NCBI GenBank assembly: GCA_965204735.1
Contig: OZ242008.1
Span: 1,984,001 to 2,048,000, forward strand
DNA: 64,000 nucleotides
Reading direction: 5' to 3'
From: Longimicrobiales bacterium
GTDB lineage: Bacteria; Gemmatimonadota; Gemmatimonadetes; Longimicrobiales; Gaopeijiaceae
The notes beneath the pieces were generated by a model, which made no database searches, had not been told where the DNA came from, and saw nothing but the letters and a program-made list of their open reading frames with translations. The translations under genes and the position numbers were made by a program. Shown here in pieces: positions 21,062 through 30,553 of the stretch. Position 1 is the first letter of the stretch. The number at the start of each line of letters is the position of its first letter.

Positions 21062-22165
21062 CTAACTTCGCCCTGCGCCGCTCGAACCGGAAGTGGCGGC
21101 CTCGTCCGCCAGCGCCGCGCGAACGTACCGAGCCCTCTGGGCTTGGCGTTCGGCCACGGCCAGCTCCCGTCCCGCCGCTTCGTTGAGGTGAGCCGTCTGG
21201 GTGAAGATCATCAGCTTGTTGAGCGTGTGCGCCGGCGGCCCTGGAAGGAGCTTCAGAGACAGGCCCAGCCGGACGCCGGACAACAGGTTGACCAGCTCCT
21301 CGTACGCCATGGCGCGGGCATGGCGCAGCAGGCCGTAGGCTCGCCATATCTTGTCCTCGGTCACGTTGGCGGCGTCCCGCAGCAGGACGCGTCGCGCCCG
21401 CAGCTCCGTCTCGATCACTGTGCCCACGATCCGGTCCAAGTGCGCCACCAGGTCCTCCTCGCTCTTGCCCAGCGTGGTTTGGTTGGAAACCTGAAAGAAG
21501 TTTCCCATGGGCCGGGACCCTTCTCCGTGAAGGTTGCGGAGGGTAAGGCCGAGCTGGGAGATGCCCTGGTGGACCTTGTCGAACTCCTTCGTCAGCACTA
21601 GGCCGGGCAAGTGCACCAGCGCCGAGGCCCGCAGCCCGGTTCCGGTGTTCGTGGGGCACGACGTGAGGTAGCCGAACTCGGGGTGGTAGGCCAACGGAAG
21701 CCGTTCTCCGGTCTCCTCGTCCAACTCGTCGACCAGCCGCCACGTCTCTCCGAAGCGCAGGCCGGACTGAAGGGCCTGGAGGCGCAGGTGGTCCTCCTCG
21801 TTGACCATCATGCTCACCGGATCGCCTGCCGTCGCGGCCACGGCCGCCGCCGTCGGAGGCGTGGTCCGCTTCCTTCCGAGAAGCTCCTTGGAGATCAGGT
21901 GCCTTTCCAGCAAGATGCTCCGGGCCCGCTCGCCGAGACGGTCCATGCGGTAGAGCACGGCGTTGCGGGGACGCGCCCCCGCCACCGCGTCCTCCACGGC
22001 CTTGTAGACGGCTTCCCGATCGGAGTCCCGGGCCCTGGACCCGAACGGATGGCCTTGCAGGTTCCGGGCCAGCCGCACCCTGGTCGCCAGGACGACGTCG
22101 GCCCGGGGTCCCGCGGCGTCGAGCCATTCCAGGCCGTAGTCGGCGATTCGGTCGAGGTCGCTCAT
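21062..22165 (-). CDS. mcsB: Protein-arginine kinase McsB
   Basis: TRVRLARN, NEEDHLR, GYLTSCPTNTGTG, QVSNQTTLG. Confidence 0.93.
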   Translation of the reverse strand: MSDLDRIADYGLEWLDAAGPRADVVLATRVRLARNLQGHPFGSRARDSDREAVYKAVEDAVAGARPRNAVLYRMDRLGERARSILLERHLISKELLGRKRTTPPTAAAVAATAGDPVSMMVNEEDHLRLQALQSGLRFGETWRLVDELDEETGERLPLAYHPEFGYLTSCPTNTGTGLRASALVHLPGLVLTKEFDKVHQGISQLGLTLRNLHGEGSRPMGNFFQVSNQTTLGKSEEDLVAHLDRIVGTVIETELRARRVLLRDAANVTEDKIWRAYGLLRHARAMAYEELVNLLSGVRLGLSLKLLPGPPAHTLNKLMIFTQTAHLNEAAGRELAVAERQAQRARYVRAALADEAATSGSSGAGRS

Positions 22166-22674
22166 CCCGTCGGTTCCAGTTCGAGGATCTGGTCGCGCAG
22201 CTCGGCTGCCCGCTCGAAGTCCTCGGCCTCCACTGCGCGCTGCAGGCGAGAGCGGAGGGCCACCAGCTGCTTGTCGAGGTCGGCCGCCGCCGAGTCGGGG
22301 GGCAGGTACACCTTTCCGACGTGCTGGGCCGCGCCGTGGATTCGCTCCAGCAAGCGGCGAAGGCTGGGCTCGTAGGAAGTGTAGCACTGCGGACACCCGA
22401 GCCGGCCGGTCTCCCTGAAGCGTTCGAAGGTCAGGCCGCAGAACGAGCAGGGTTCGTCGGCGGCTTCGGGCGAGCCCGCTTCGCCGGCGCCCAGCTGGGC
22501 GAGGAACCCGGACACGTCGGCGGCGGGCCCGGACCAGGCGCTGATCCCCTTGGCCTCGGCGCAAGCCCGGCACAGATGGTGATGGGACGCCACTCCGTTC
22601 ACTACCTGGGTCACGTGGACAACGGCCGTCTTCTCGCAGCCCTCGCCGTCGCAGAGCTTCTTGGGATCAGACAT
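22162..22674 (-). CDS. mcsA: McsA kinase activator (Zn-finger + UVR)
   Basis: CDGEGC, CRAC, CSFC, CPQC; C-terminal UVR (EDFERAAELRDQI). Confidence 0.9.
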   Translation of the reverse strand: MSDPKKLCDGEGCEKTAVVHVTQVVNGVASHHHLCRACAEAKGISAWSGPAADVSGFLAQLGAGEAGSPEAADEPCSFCGLTFERFRETGRLGCPQCYTSYEPSLRRLLERIHGAAQHVGKVYLPPDSAAADLDKQLVALRSRLQRAVEAEDFERAAELRDQILELEPTG

Positions 22675-23386
22675 CTTCCAAAACCCCTTCCCTCAGCCGC
22701 AGGACTCTCTCCGCTCGGGACGCCAATTCACGGTTGTGCGTAACCACTACAAGCGCAACTCCACGGCGCGCCTTGAGCCCGAACAACATCTCGTGCAGGC
22801 CCTCGCTGGTGCGAGGATCGAGGTTGCCCGTGGGTTCGTCCGCCAGGAGCGCGAGAGGCTGGTTCACAAGGGCCCGGGCGACCGCCACCCGCTGCTGCTC
22901 GCCACCGGAGAGCTGAGCGGGCTTGTGGCTCGAGCGGTCGCCGAGGCCGACTTGCAGCAGGAGCTCGCTGGAGCGCTGCCGGGCCGTGCTCTCGATCTCG
23001 CCGCGAATGAGGGCGGGCATCATGACGTTCTCGAGGGCCGTGAACTCGCGCAACAGGTGGTGGAACTGGAAGACGAAGCCGATTCGCCGGTTCCGCAGCT
23101 CGGCGGCCGCCCTGTCGTCCAGCGACTGGGTGTCGGTCCCCCCGATCCGGACCGATCCGCCGCTGGGCCGGTCCAGTGCGCCCAGCAGGTGCAGCAGCGT
23201 CGACTTCCCGGCTCCGCTGGCGCCCGTGATCGCCACCGCTTCCCCCTGTTCCACGACGAAGTCCACCCCTCTGAGCACGTGCAGCGGAGGCCCGGCCACG
23301 CCGGCGTAGGACCGGTGCAGCCCCTCGGCCTCCACAGGGGGGCGCGCCTTGGCCGGGTCCGCGGCCGCCGCCTTCGCCTCACTCAT
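22667..23386 (-). CDS. lolD: Lipoprotein-releasing ABC ATPase
   Basis: GASGAGKST, FVFQFHHLL, LSGGEQQR, ADEPTGNLD. Confidence 0.9.
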   Translation of the reverse strand: MSEAKAAAADPAKARPPVEAEGLHRSYAGVAGPPLHVLRGVDFVVEQGEAVAITGASGAGKSTLLHLLGALDRPSGGSVRIGGTDTQSLDDRAAAELRNRRIGFVFQFHHLLREFTALENVMMPALIRGEIESTARQRSSELLLQVGLGDRSSHKPAQLSGGEQQRVAVARALVNQPLALLADEPTGNLDPRTSEGLHEMLFGLKARRGVALVVVTHNRELASRAERVLRLREGVLEDV

Positions 23387-24680
23387 GGCGGATCGCCTCG
23401 ATGGGCTCGAGGCTCGACGCCTGCCGTGCCGGGTAGATCGTCGCAGCCAGGGAGACCAGGAGGCTGACGCCCACGATCCACAGCACGTCCCACGGGGAAA
23501 GGGCTACCGGCAGCCGGTCCACGAAGTACACGTCGGGCGGAATGGGGATCAGCCCGTATCGCTCGATCAGCACCGACAAGACGAGCCCCAAGGCGGTTCC
23601 AGCCGCGGTTCCCGCGACGCCGATCCACAGTCCCTGGAAGAGGAACGCCCGCAGCGTGTCGCGACGGGTGAGTCCCATCGCCTTCAGGATGCCGATCTCT
23701 CGGGTCCGGTTGACCACGACCATCACCAGGGTGCTCACGATGTTGAAGGCGGCGACGAGGACGATCAGCGAAAGGATCACCGCCATCGCCAGCTTCTCCA
23801 GCTTCAGCGCCGAGAAGAGCTGCCGGTTGGTGCGGGTCCAGGGGTCCACTGCGTACGGCCATCCCCCCAGCGCCGTGCCGATCGAGTCCGCGACGGCCTC
23901 GGCGCTCCACGGGTCCTTCGTCTGCGCCCCCACGAACGACGCCTCGCCGGGCTCCATGTCCAGCAGCTCCTGCACGTCGCTCAGCGAGGCGTAGGCGTTT
24001 CGGAAGTCGTAGTCGTACATCCCCGTGCTGAAGACTCCCGTCACCTCCCACTGGACCATCTTGGGCGCGACCTCTCCCAGCAGGCCCACTCGAAAGTTCT
24101 CCAGCGCCGCGACGGTGACCGTGTCGCCCGGGTAGAGGTTCATGCGGGCGGCCACTCCGCTTCCCAGCGCGACGGGCACTAGTCCGTTCGGCCGTCGGGA
24201 GAGGGGGATGCGACCGCTGCGGAGGCTGTCCTCGATCGCGGTGACCGGCGGTCCGGTCCCCTTCAGGTCCACCCCGTACAGGTAGACCACCTCGGCGTAC
24301 TCCGAGCGGAAGAGCGACACCCGGGTCAGAGCCACGGGCGAGACGGCGACCACGCCCTCGGCGTCCGCCACCGTCTCGGCCACTCTCTTCCAGTCGTCCA
24401 GGCGGAGGGAAGGCCCGGACTGGCGCACCATGACGTGGGGGTTGGACCCGAGGATCTTCTCCCGCAGCTCGTTCTGCATCCCCGTCATGACGCCGATGAC
24501 GACCACCAGCGCCGTCACGCCCACGACCACGCCTCCCAGCGCGATCCAGGTGATGAAGGACAGGAGACGGCCTCCCTTCCGGGTCGCTCCCAAGTAGCGG
24601 CGCGCAAGGAACCAAGCCAAGCGGGTGCGGGAAGTGGTCCCGGCGCCGGCGGCGCCGTCCCGGTGCTCGGTCGGACTCAT
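23379..24680 (-). CDS. lolC: Lipoprotein-releasing ABC permease LolC/E family
   Basis: MacB-like periplasmic domain plus FtsX domain; VAAFNIVSTL, REIGILKAMG; adjacent to lolD. Confidence 0.88.
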   Translation of the reverse strand: MSPTEHRDGAAGAGTTSRTRLAWFLARRYLGATRKGGRLLSFITWIALGGVVVGVTALVVVIGVMTGMQNELREKILGSNPHVMVRQSGPSLRLDDWKRVAETVADAEGVVAVSPVALTRVSLFRSEYAEVVYLYGVDLKGTGPPVTAIEDSLRSGRIPLSRRPNGLVPVALGSGVAARMNLYPGDTVTVAALENFRVGLLGEVAPKMVQWEVTGVFSTGMYDYDFRNAYASLSDVQELLDMEPGEASFVGAQTKDPWSAEAVADSIGTALGGWPYAVDPWTRTNRQLFSALKLEKLAMAVILSLIVLVAAFNIVSTLVMVVVNRTREIGILKAMGLTRRDTLRAFLFQGLWIGVAGTAAGTALGLVLSVLIERYGLIPIPPDVYFVDRLPVALSPWDVLWIVGVSLLVSLAATIYPARQASSLEPIEAIRHE

Positions 24681-24738
24681 CGAGCACGTTCCCGCAAGAG
24701 CACGACACGGGCAGGCTCCCGCAAGAGCACGGTCCGCT

Positions 24739-26280
24739 TCACGGCGCCCGCCCGGCCCGCGCGTCCGCTTCGGCTTCCCGCAGCGTTGGGAAGAGGATCA
24801 CGTCCCGAATCGACGCCTGGTCGGTCAGGACCATCGTCGCCCTGTCGATCCCGATGCCCACGCCGCCGGTCGGGGGCATGCCGTGCTCCAGCGCCCGGAT
24901 GTAGTCCTCGTCGATCGGCTGGGCCTCGTCGTCGCCGGCGGCGCGGAGAGCCGCCTGGTCCTCGAAGCGAGCCCGCTGGGCGACGGGATCGTTCATCTCG
25001 CTGAAGGCGTTGGCCATCTCCTGGCCGGCCACGTACAGCTCAAAGCGCTCCGAGAGGTGCGGCGCGCCCCGCTTGGCCTTCGCCAGGGGACTCAGCTCCC
25101 GGGGGTGGTCCGTCACGAAGGTGGGCTGGACCAGAGCAGGCTGGACCAGGGCGCCGAAGAGGGCGTCCATCAGCTTCCCCCGACCCGCGCCTTCCACTCC
25201 TTCGACGCCCGCTTCCTCCGCCCGGGCGCGCAGCTCGTCCACCGGCGCCCCCAGGGGGTCCCTTCCCAGCGCTTCCTCGAGAGCGTCCACGAACGGACGC
25301 CGGGCGAAGGGCGCGTCGAAGGATATCTCGGCGCCCTGGTAGACCACGCGCCGACTGCCCCCGGCCGCCTCCGCCAGAGCTGCGAAGAGGCGCTCCGCCG
25401 CTTCCATCATCTCCTCGTAGTCGGCGAACGCCTGGTAGAACTCCAGCATGGTGAACTCGGGGTTGTGGAAGCGGTCCACGCCCTCGTTGCGAAAGTCCTT
25501 CGATATCTCGTAGACCCGTTCCATGCCGCCCACGATCAGCCGCTTCAGGTAGAGCTCGTCGGCGATCCGCAGGTACAGCGTGCGGTCCAGCGCCAAGTGC
25601 CGCGTCGTGAAGGGCCGTGCCGAAGCGCCGCCGTAGAGGGGCTGCAGCACCGGCGTCTCCACTTCCACGAACCCCAGGTCGTCCAGGAACCGGCGCGCCG
25701 CCGTCACGATCCGGCTTCGAGCGCGGAAGACGTCGCGCACCTCGGGGTTGGCCGCCAAGTCGGCGTAGCGCCTCCGATAGCGCGCCTCCCGATCCGCGAA
25801 GCCGGAGTGGGTCGTGCTCTCGCCCGTGGCCTCGTCCACCTCGACCTTGCCCAGGGGAAGGGGGCGCAGGGACTTCGCAAGGAGGCAAAGGCGCGCGACG
25901 CGGATCGTGACCTCTCCCATGCGGGTGCGGAAGAGGCTGCCCTCCACGCCGATCCAATCCCCCAGGTCCAGCAGCTCCAGAAGGGAAAAGGCGTCGGCGC
26001 CCACCACGTCCCGGCGGAAGTAGAGCTGCACTCGGCCCGTGGCGTCTTCCAGATCGGCGAAGGCGCTCTTCCCGTGGGAGCGAAGAGCCACCATCCGGCC
26101 CGCCCACCGCCCGGCTTCGCCGCGCCCGTCCGTCAGGTCGCCTGCCGCTTCCTGCTCCTCGAAGCGCCGGACGGACGGGAGGGCGCGCCGCGTGACCGGA
26201 TAGGAGTAGGCGAAAGGCTCCACGCCCCGCTCCCGGAGCGCCGCCAGCTTCTGAAGCCGATCCTTCAGGACTCGGCTCAC
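24739..26280 (-). CDS. lysS: Lysine--tRNA ligase (class II)
   Basis: YRRRYADL, GGASARPF, FRNEG, HNPEFTMLE, GMPPTGGVGIGIDR; GTG overlaps the prfB stop. Confidence 0.96.
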   Translation of the reverse strand: MSRVLKDRLQKLAALRERGVEPFAYSYPVTRRALPSVRRFEEQEAAGDLTDGRGEAGRWAGRMVALRSHGKSAFADLEDATGRVQLYFRRDVVGADAFSLLELLDLGDWIGVEGSLFRTRMGEVTIRVARLCLLAKSLRPLPLGKVEVDEATGESTTHSGFADREARYRRRYADLAANPEVRDVFRARSRIVTAARRFLDDLGFVEVETPVLQPLYGGASARPFTTRHLALDRTLYLRIADELYLKRLIVGGMERVYEISKDFRNEGVDRFHNPEFTMLEFYQAFADYEEMMEAAERLFAALAEAAGGSRRVVYQGAEISFDAPFARRPFVDALEEALGRDPLGAPVDELRARAEEAGVEGVEGAGRGKLMDALFGALVQPALVQPTFVTDHPRELSPLAKAKRGAPHLSERFELYVAGQEMANAFSEMNDPVAQRARFEDQAALRAAGDDEAQPIDEDYIRALEHGMPPTGGVGIGIDRATMVLTDQASIRDVILFPTLREAEADARAGRAP

Positions 26281-27402
26281 GCCGCCCTCCCGGCGGACTT
26301 CAGGAACGCCTCGATGAAGGGGTCCAGAGCGCCGTCCATGACGGCCGCCACGTCTCCCTTCTTCAGCCCGGTGCGGTGGTCGTTCACCAAGGTGTACGGC
26401 GCGAAGACGTACGACCGGATCTGGTTGCCCCACGCGATCTCGGTCTTCGACGCCTCCAAGGCCTGCTTCTCCTTCTCCTTGTCGTCCAGCGCGCGCTGGT
26501 ACAGGGCGGCCCGGAGCATCTTCATCGCTGTGGAGCGGTTCCGCTGCTGGGAGCGCTCCTGCTGGCAGGAGACCACGATCCCCGTCGGCTCGTGGACGAT
26601 CCGAATCGCCGAGTCCGTCTTGTTGACGTGCTGTCCGCCCGCTCCCGACGCCCGAAAGGTGTCTATTCGGAGATCGGCCTCGTCGATCTCGACCTCGATC
26701 TCCCGGTCGAGCACCGGACAAACGAACACGGAGGCGAAGGACGTGTGCCGCCGCGACTGGGAATCGAAGGGCGAGATGCGGACCAAGCGGTGCACGCCGC
26801 TCTCCGCCCGGAGGTACCCGTAGGCGTGGTCGCCGGCCACCTCCATGGTGACGCTCTTGATCCCCCCCTCCTCTCCCGGCTGCACGTCGAGCACCTCGAC
26901 GCCGTACCCTCGGCCCTCGCACCACCGCGCGTACATCCGCCAGAGCATCCTGGCCCAGTCCTGGGACTCCAGGCCGCCGGCGCCGGGATGGATCGTCACC
27001 ATGGCTTCCCGGTGGTCGTCGCCGCCTTGGAGCATCGTCCGAAGCTCCAGCCGGTCCAGCGCCTCTTCCAGCTTCCCGAGCTCTCCGGCCAACTCCCCTT
27101 CCAGCTCCTCGTCTTCGTCGTCCGCGAGCAGGTCCATCAGCTCCGCCAGCTCCGCCGCCTTTCCGTGGAGCGCCGTCCAGGGCCCCACCCAGCCCCTTAG
27201 GCGGTTGGCCTCGTCGATCACCCCCCGGGCCTGCTCCTGGTCGTCCCAGAAGCCGGCGGCCGCCATCTCGGCGTCGAGAGCTTCGATTCGCTCGCGGCGC
27301 CCGTCGACGTCAAAGGTACCCCCGAAGCTCCTCGATCCGCCGCGCGAGGGCGTCGAGGCGCTGAGGGTCGCAGCGACGGGCTTGTTCCTGCACGGTTCCC
27401 AT
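26277..27402 (-). CDS. prfB: Peptide chain release factor 2 (programmed +1 frameshift)
   Basis: ATG 27402 gives MGTVQEQ...ELRGYL*, then the +1 frame continues DVDGRRERI...; SPF and GGQ motifs present. Confidence 0.95.
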
Positions 27403-28525
27403 GAGCTTCCGCACTTTTCTCGCCAGGAGTGGTCGCGGGCCGGCGAAGGGCCAGCATCGACTGCGAAAAATAAGACAAGCCGCCGGGCTCGTGGCGCCCC
27501 GCCAGCCATGCGTTGCCGGGCGACCTCTTGGCGCGGCCCTTCATTCTGCCGGCCAGCGCCAGGACTTGGGACGGGCTCGCGAAGGACCCGGCCGGACCTG
27601 CGGCGACGCCGATGGAAAGCGTCATGAGGGGGATCCGGCGCACCGAGCCCCAGCGGTCCCGCGCCGCAAAGCCCCCGGCGCGCCGGTCCGCATGGTCGTA
27701 CCGAAGCGGCACCGCCTCGCCGAAGACGCGGACGATCTCGTCGCAGCAGCGGGCGGCCTGCTCCGGCGTCGTCAGCAGGACGAAGTCGTCGCCGCCCACG
27801 TGGCCCACGAAGCCGACGGGCGCCAGGGCGCGGGCCACGTCCCGCAGGATCGAGGCGACCAGAAGGATCGTCTTGTCGCCCTCGGCGGGGCCGTAGCGGT
27901 CGTTGTACTCCTTGAAGTGGTCCAGGTCCGCGTGGCAGAGGGCGAACGACCGGCCGGCGGCGATCTCCTCCGCCAGGCGTCGGCCGATCTCCGGCGCTCC
28001 CGGCAGCCTCGTGGCCGGGTGCACGGCCAAGTCCCGCCGAGATCGGCGCAGCGTCCTGTCCAGGCGCAACAGCTTCTCCCGGCGCGACAGGTGCGCCGCC
28101 AGCGCCTCGTCGGCGCCCGCCTCCAGAGCGGCCGCGACGGCCTCCTCGGCGAACCGCGCGCCGCCCCGGGTCAGCGCCACCAAGGGCACGGTGGCCGTGA
28201 ACGGATCGCCCTTCAGCCTGCGGCAGAGCGCTTCCGCCTCCGATTGGGACGCCGCGCCGGCCGCCGCCCTGCCCCTCCTGCCCGGCCACTCCACCACCAC
28301 CGCGGCCGGGGGCGGCGGGCTGCGGACCAGGGGCACGGCATCCCGCAAGGAAGACGCTACCGTCGGCACGAAGGGGCGCCCCGCGGCGTAGGCCGCCACC
28401 AAGGCCAGGCACGGCGAGCCGGCAGGCGCGACGCAGACGATCCGCCTCCCGGCGGGGCTGCCGGCAAGCTCAGCGCCGACCACGGCGCCCGCCCCCGGGC
28501 CGGCCACGGCCAGCTCGACCGTCAA
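27218..28525 (-). CDS. GGDEF-family protein with degenerate receiver-like N-terminus
   Basis: DLDHFKEYNDRYG, GHVGGDDF, TLSIG; the C-terminal tail overlaps the prfB start. Confidence 0.82.
   Translation of the reverse strand: MTVELAVAGPGAGAVVGAELAGSPAGRRIVCVAPAGSPCLALVAAYAAGRPFVPTVASSLRDAVPLVRSPPPPAAVVVEWPGRRGRAAAGAASQSEAEALCRRLKGDPFTATVPLVALTRGGARFAEEAVAAALEAGADEALAAHLSRREKLLRLDRTLRRSRRDLAVHPATRLPGAPEIGRRLAEEIAAGRSFALCHADLDHFKEYNDRYGPAEGDKTILLVASILRDVARALAPVGFVGHVGGDDFVLLTTPEQAARCCDEIVRVFGEAVPLRYDHADRRAGGFAARDRWGSVRRIPLMTLSIGVAAGPAGSFASPSQVLALAGRMKGRAKRSPGNAWLAGRHEPGGLSYFSQSMLALRRPATTPGEKSAEAHGNRAGTSPSLRPSAPRRPRAADRGASGVPLTSTGAASESKLSTPRWRPPASGTTRSRPGG
27309..27324 (-). promoter_or_regulatory. 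prfB frameshift site
   Basis: CGGGGG-TAC-CTT-TGA-C: internal SD-like element plus the slippery CTT TGA C. Confidence 0.92.
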
Positions 28526-28526
28526 C

Positions 28527-29513
28527 TCAAGGCGTCCAGGCCGACACCGCCACTTCGATGCGTTCCGTCCCCGGGCGGCTCCTGAGGCGCACGACGACGA
28601 GTCCGTCCACCGCGCTCAAGAGGTGGTTGACCCCGACGATCCAGAGGGCGCGACGAGCATCCCGGAACCATTCGTCGCTCTGCCGGATCAGGCGGCCGAA
28701 GCGCTCCCGGTCCGCCGGCCCGCCGGACCACGCCCACAGGAAGGGGGAGCCGTACCCTCGCGTCCGGTAGTACTCCAGCGCGCGAGCGTGCCCCGGCGAG
28801 CTCTCCGGCGCCGCAGGATCCACCCCGAAGATCGCGGTCGCCAGCGCCCACACCGATCCGTTGTAGGTGGACGGGTCGGTTTCGGGCTGAAGACCTGGAA
28901 GGGCGGCGTTCGCGTCCCAGGCCCCCGAGCCCGGCCACTGGGACAACGTCTCGTAGTAGTCGAAGTCGCCGTCCCGACGCGGACCGTCGCTCAGCCCAGC
29001 CCTCGCGGCCTCCCATGCGAAGTCCCGGTAGGCGGTCCGCGCCCGCGTCGCTTCCCTTCGCGAACGGAGGTACAGCACGGTCGAGAGGACCTCGAGCCCC
29101 GCGTACGCGATCCACCGCCCCTGCCCCATGCGGCGCTGGGCCAAGCCGGGAAGGACCAGCGACGACAGGAACGCCTCTCCCTGCCCAAGCTCGGCGGGCC
29201 GGAACGGCGAAGCGCCCCACTGGGCCGCGCCGCCCCAGGTCGCCGCTTCCCTCGACGCCGGCTGGGGCTCGACCCCGGCGGACACGGTCGCAGGCGACTC
29301 GGCGGTTGTGCGGTTGCGACGCTGACGGTCAACGTCTATGCCGACAACCCGAGCGCCGGTCGCTGGAGACTCGGCGGTTGCCCGGTTGCGACCGGCCGTG
29401 TGCTGGCCCTCGACCCCGGCGGGCGCGGTCGCAAGGCCGCAGCACGCCGCCGCCAGCGCCGTCGCGACCAGCCGCAGCCCACGAACGCGACGACCATCCC
29501 TTGCCTGGACCAC
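28527..29513 (-). CDS. Hypothetical membrane/exported protein
   Basis: Signal-like N-terminus, a SLVLPGLAQ hydrophobic motif and an internal 24-aa-period repeat; flanked by 1-2 nt gaps within the operon. Confidence 0.7.
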   Translation of the reverse strand: MVQARDGRRVRGLRLVATALAAACCGLATAPAGVEGQHTAGRNRATAESPATGARVVGIDVDRQRRNRTTAESPATVSAGVEPQPASREAATWGGAAQWGASPFRPAELGQGEAFLSSLVLPGLAQRRMGQGRWIAYAGLEVLSTVLYLRSRREATRARTAYRDFAWEAARAGLSDGPRRDGDFDYYETLSQWPGSGAWDANAALPGLQPETDPSTYNGSVWALATAIFGVDPAAPESSPGHARALEYYRTRGYGSPFLWAWSGGPADRERFGRLIRQSDEWFRDARRALWIVGVNHLLSAVDGLVVVRLRSRPGTERIEVAVSAWTP

Positions 29514-29515
29514 GG

Positions 29516-30553
29516 TCAGAACGCGACTCCGAAGGTCACGTGAACCGGCTCCGTCTCTCCCGTGAGCAGGGATCGGGCGAGCGACTTGGCCAAGTTCAGG
29601 TCGAAGCGGTCGAAGCGGAACCCCACGCCCACCGAGGCGCCGTTGGTCTGATCCAGCTGGCCCCCCACGTAGCCCGCCCGCAACGAGAAGAGCGCCGCCG
29701 CCGAGAACTCCAGTCCGGCGTAGAACGAGGGCGACCCCAGGTCCCGCGGTCGGTCCTCCGTCTCCAGGGCCAGCCAGAGCTCCATGGAGTTGTCCGGCAC
29801 GAACAGGTGAAGCAGCTCGTAGGCCGCCGCCAGCCGCACTCGGGTCGGCAGGGGGTCGGACTGCTCCTGGTTCCGGATCTGGAACTCGGTTCCGGCGTGA
29901 GCCACCATCCAGCCGAAGCGCAGCGGCACGCTGTCGAAGGGCTGGGCCTGAAGACCCACGTCCACGGCGTACGCGGTGCTGGTGGTCTCCAGGTCCGGAC
30001 AGTCGCCCCTGCAACCGATCCGGAACTGAACGAGCTTCAAGTTGACGCCGACGTGAACGTTTCCGGGGAACGAGGTGGCGAAGCTGACGATCCCGGCGTG
30101 GTTCCACACGGAGAGCGATCCCAGCAAGTTGCCGAGCGGGTCCCGGATGTCCTGGTCGCCCGCGTTCAGAAGCAGATAGGAGACGCCGAAGGTCCCAGCC
30201 CCCTCCCACGGCAAAACCCCGCTCACCGCAATGGCCTCGCCGACCAGCTGCTCGCCTCTGTACACCATCACCCGCCGACGGGCCTGCTCGGCCAGCGCCG
30301 CCGGGTTCCAGAACGCCCCCTCGCCGCTTGACACCGCCGTCATTGCCCTTCCGAGGCCGACCCCCTGGGCGCCGACGGGCAGCAGAAGGAAGAGCGCGCC
30401 CTCCTGAGCGCGCGCGCCTTCCCCGCTCTGGCCGCCGGCGTCCATCGGCGCCGCTCCCGCGAGAAGCGCCGCGGCGACGTGGAGCGCCGGCCACGTCCGC
30501 GCCCTCCGCGCGGCCCACGGGCGCCTGCGGGCCGCCGCCCTACTCCCCCTCAT
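29516..30553 (-). CDS. PorV/PorQ-like (FadL-type) outer membrane beta-barrel
   Basis: FLLLPVGAQGVGLG...FWNPAAL N-terminal motif, alternating beta-strands, LRAGY, terminal Phe. Confidence 0.8.
   Translation of the reverse strand: MRGSRAAARRRPWAARRARTWPALHVAAALLAGAAPMDAGGQSGEGARAQEGALFLLLPVGAQGVGLGRAMTAVSSGEGAFWNPAALAEQARRRVMVYRGEQLVGEAIAVSGVLPWEGAGTFGVSYLLLNAGDQDIRDPLGNLLGSLSVWNHAGIVSFATSFPGNVHVGVNLKLVQFRIGCRGDCPDLETTSTAYAVDVGLQAQPFDSVPLRFGWMVAHAGTEFQIRNQEQSDPLPTRVRLAAAYELLHLFVPDNSMELWLALETEDRPRDLGSPSFYAGLEFSAAALFSLRAGYVGGQLDQTNGASVGVGFRFDRFDLNLAKSLARSLLTGETEPVHVTFGVAF

Noticed and set aside
26277..28412. 711-aa continuous prfB from the ORF track
   Set aside because: The true N-terminus comes from ATG 27402 through the +1 frameshift.
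29285..29392. 36-bp repeat / 36-bp spacer resembling a mini-CRISPR
   Set aside because: Only two degenerate copies, in frame inside a CDS, with no cas genes and no typical repeat end.
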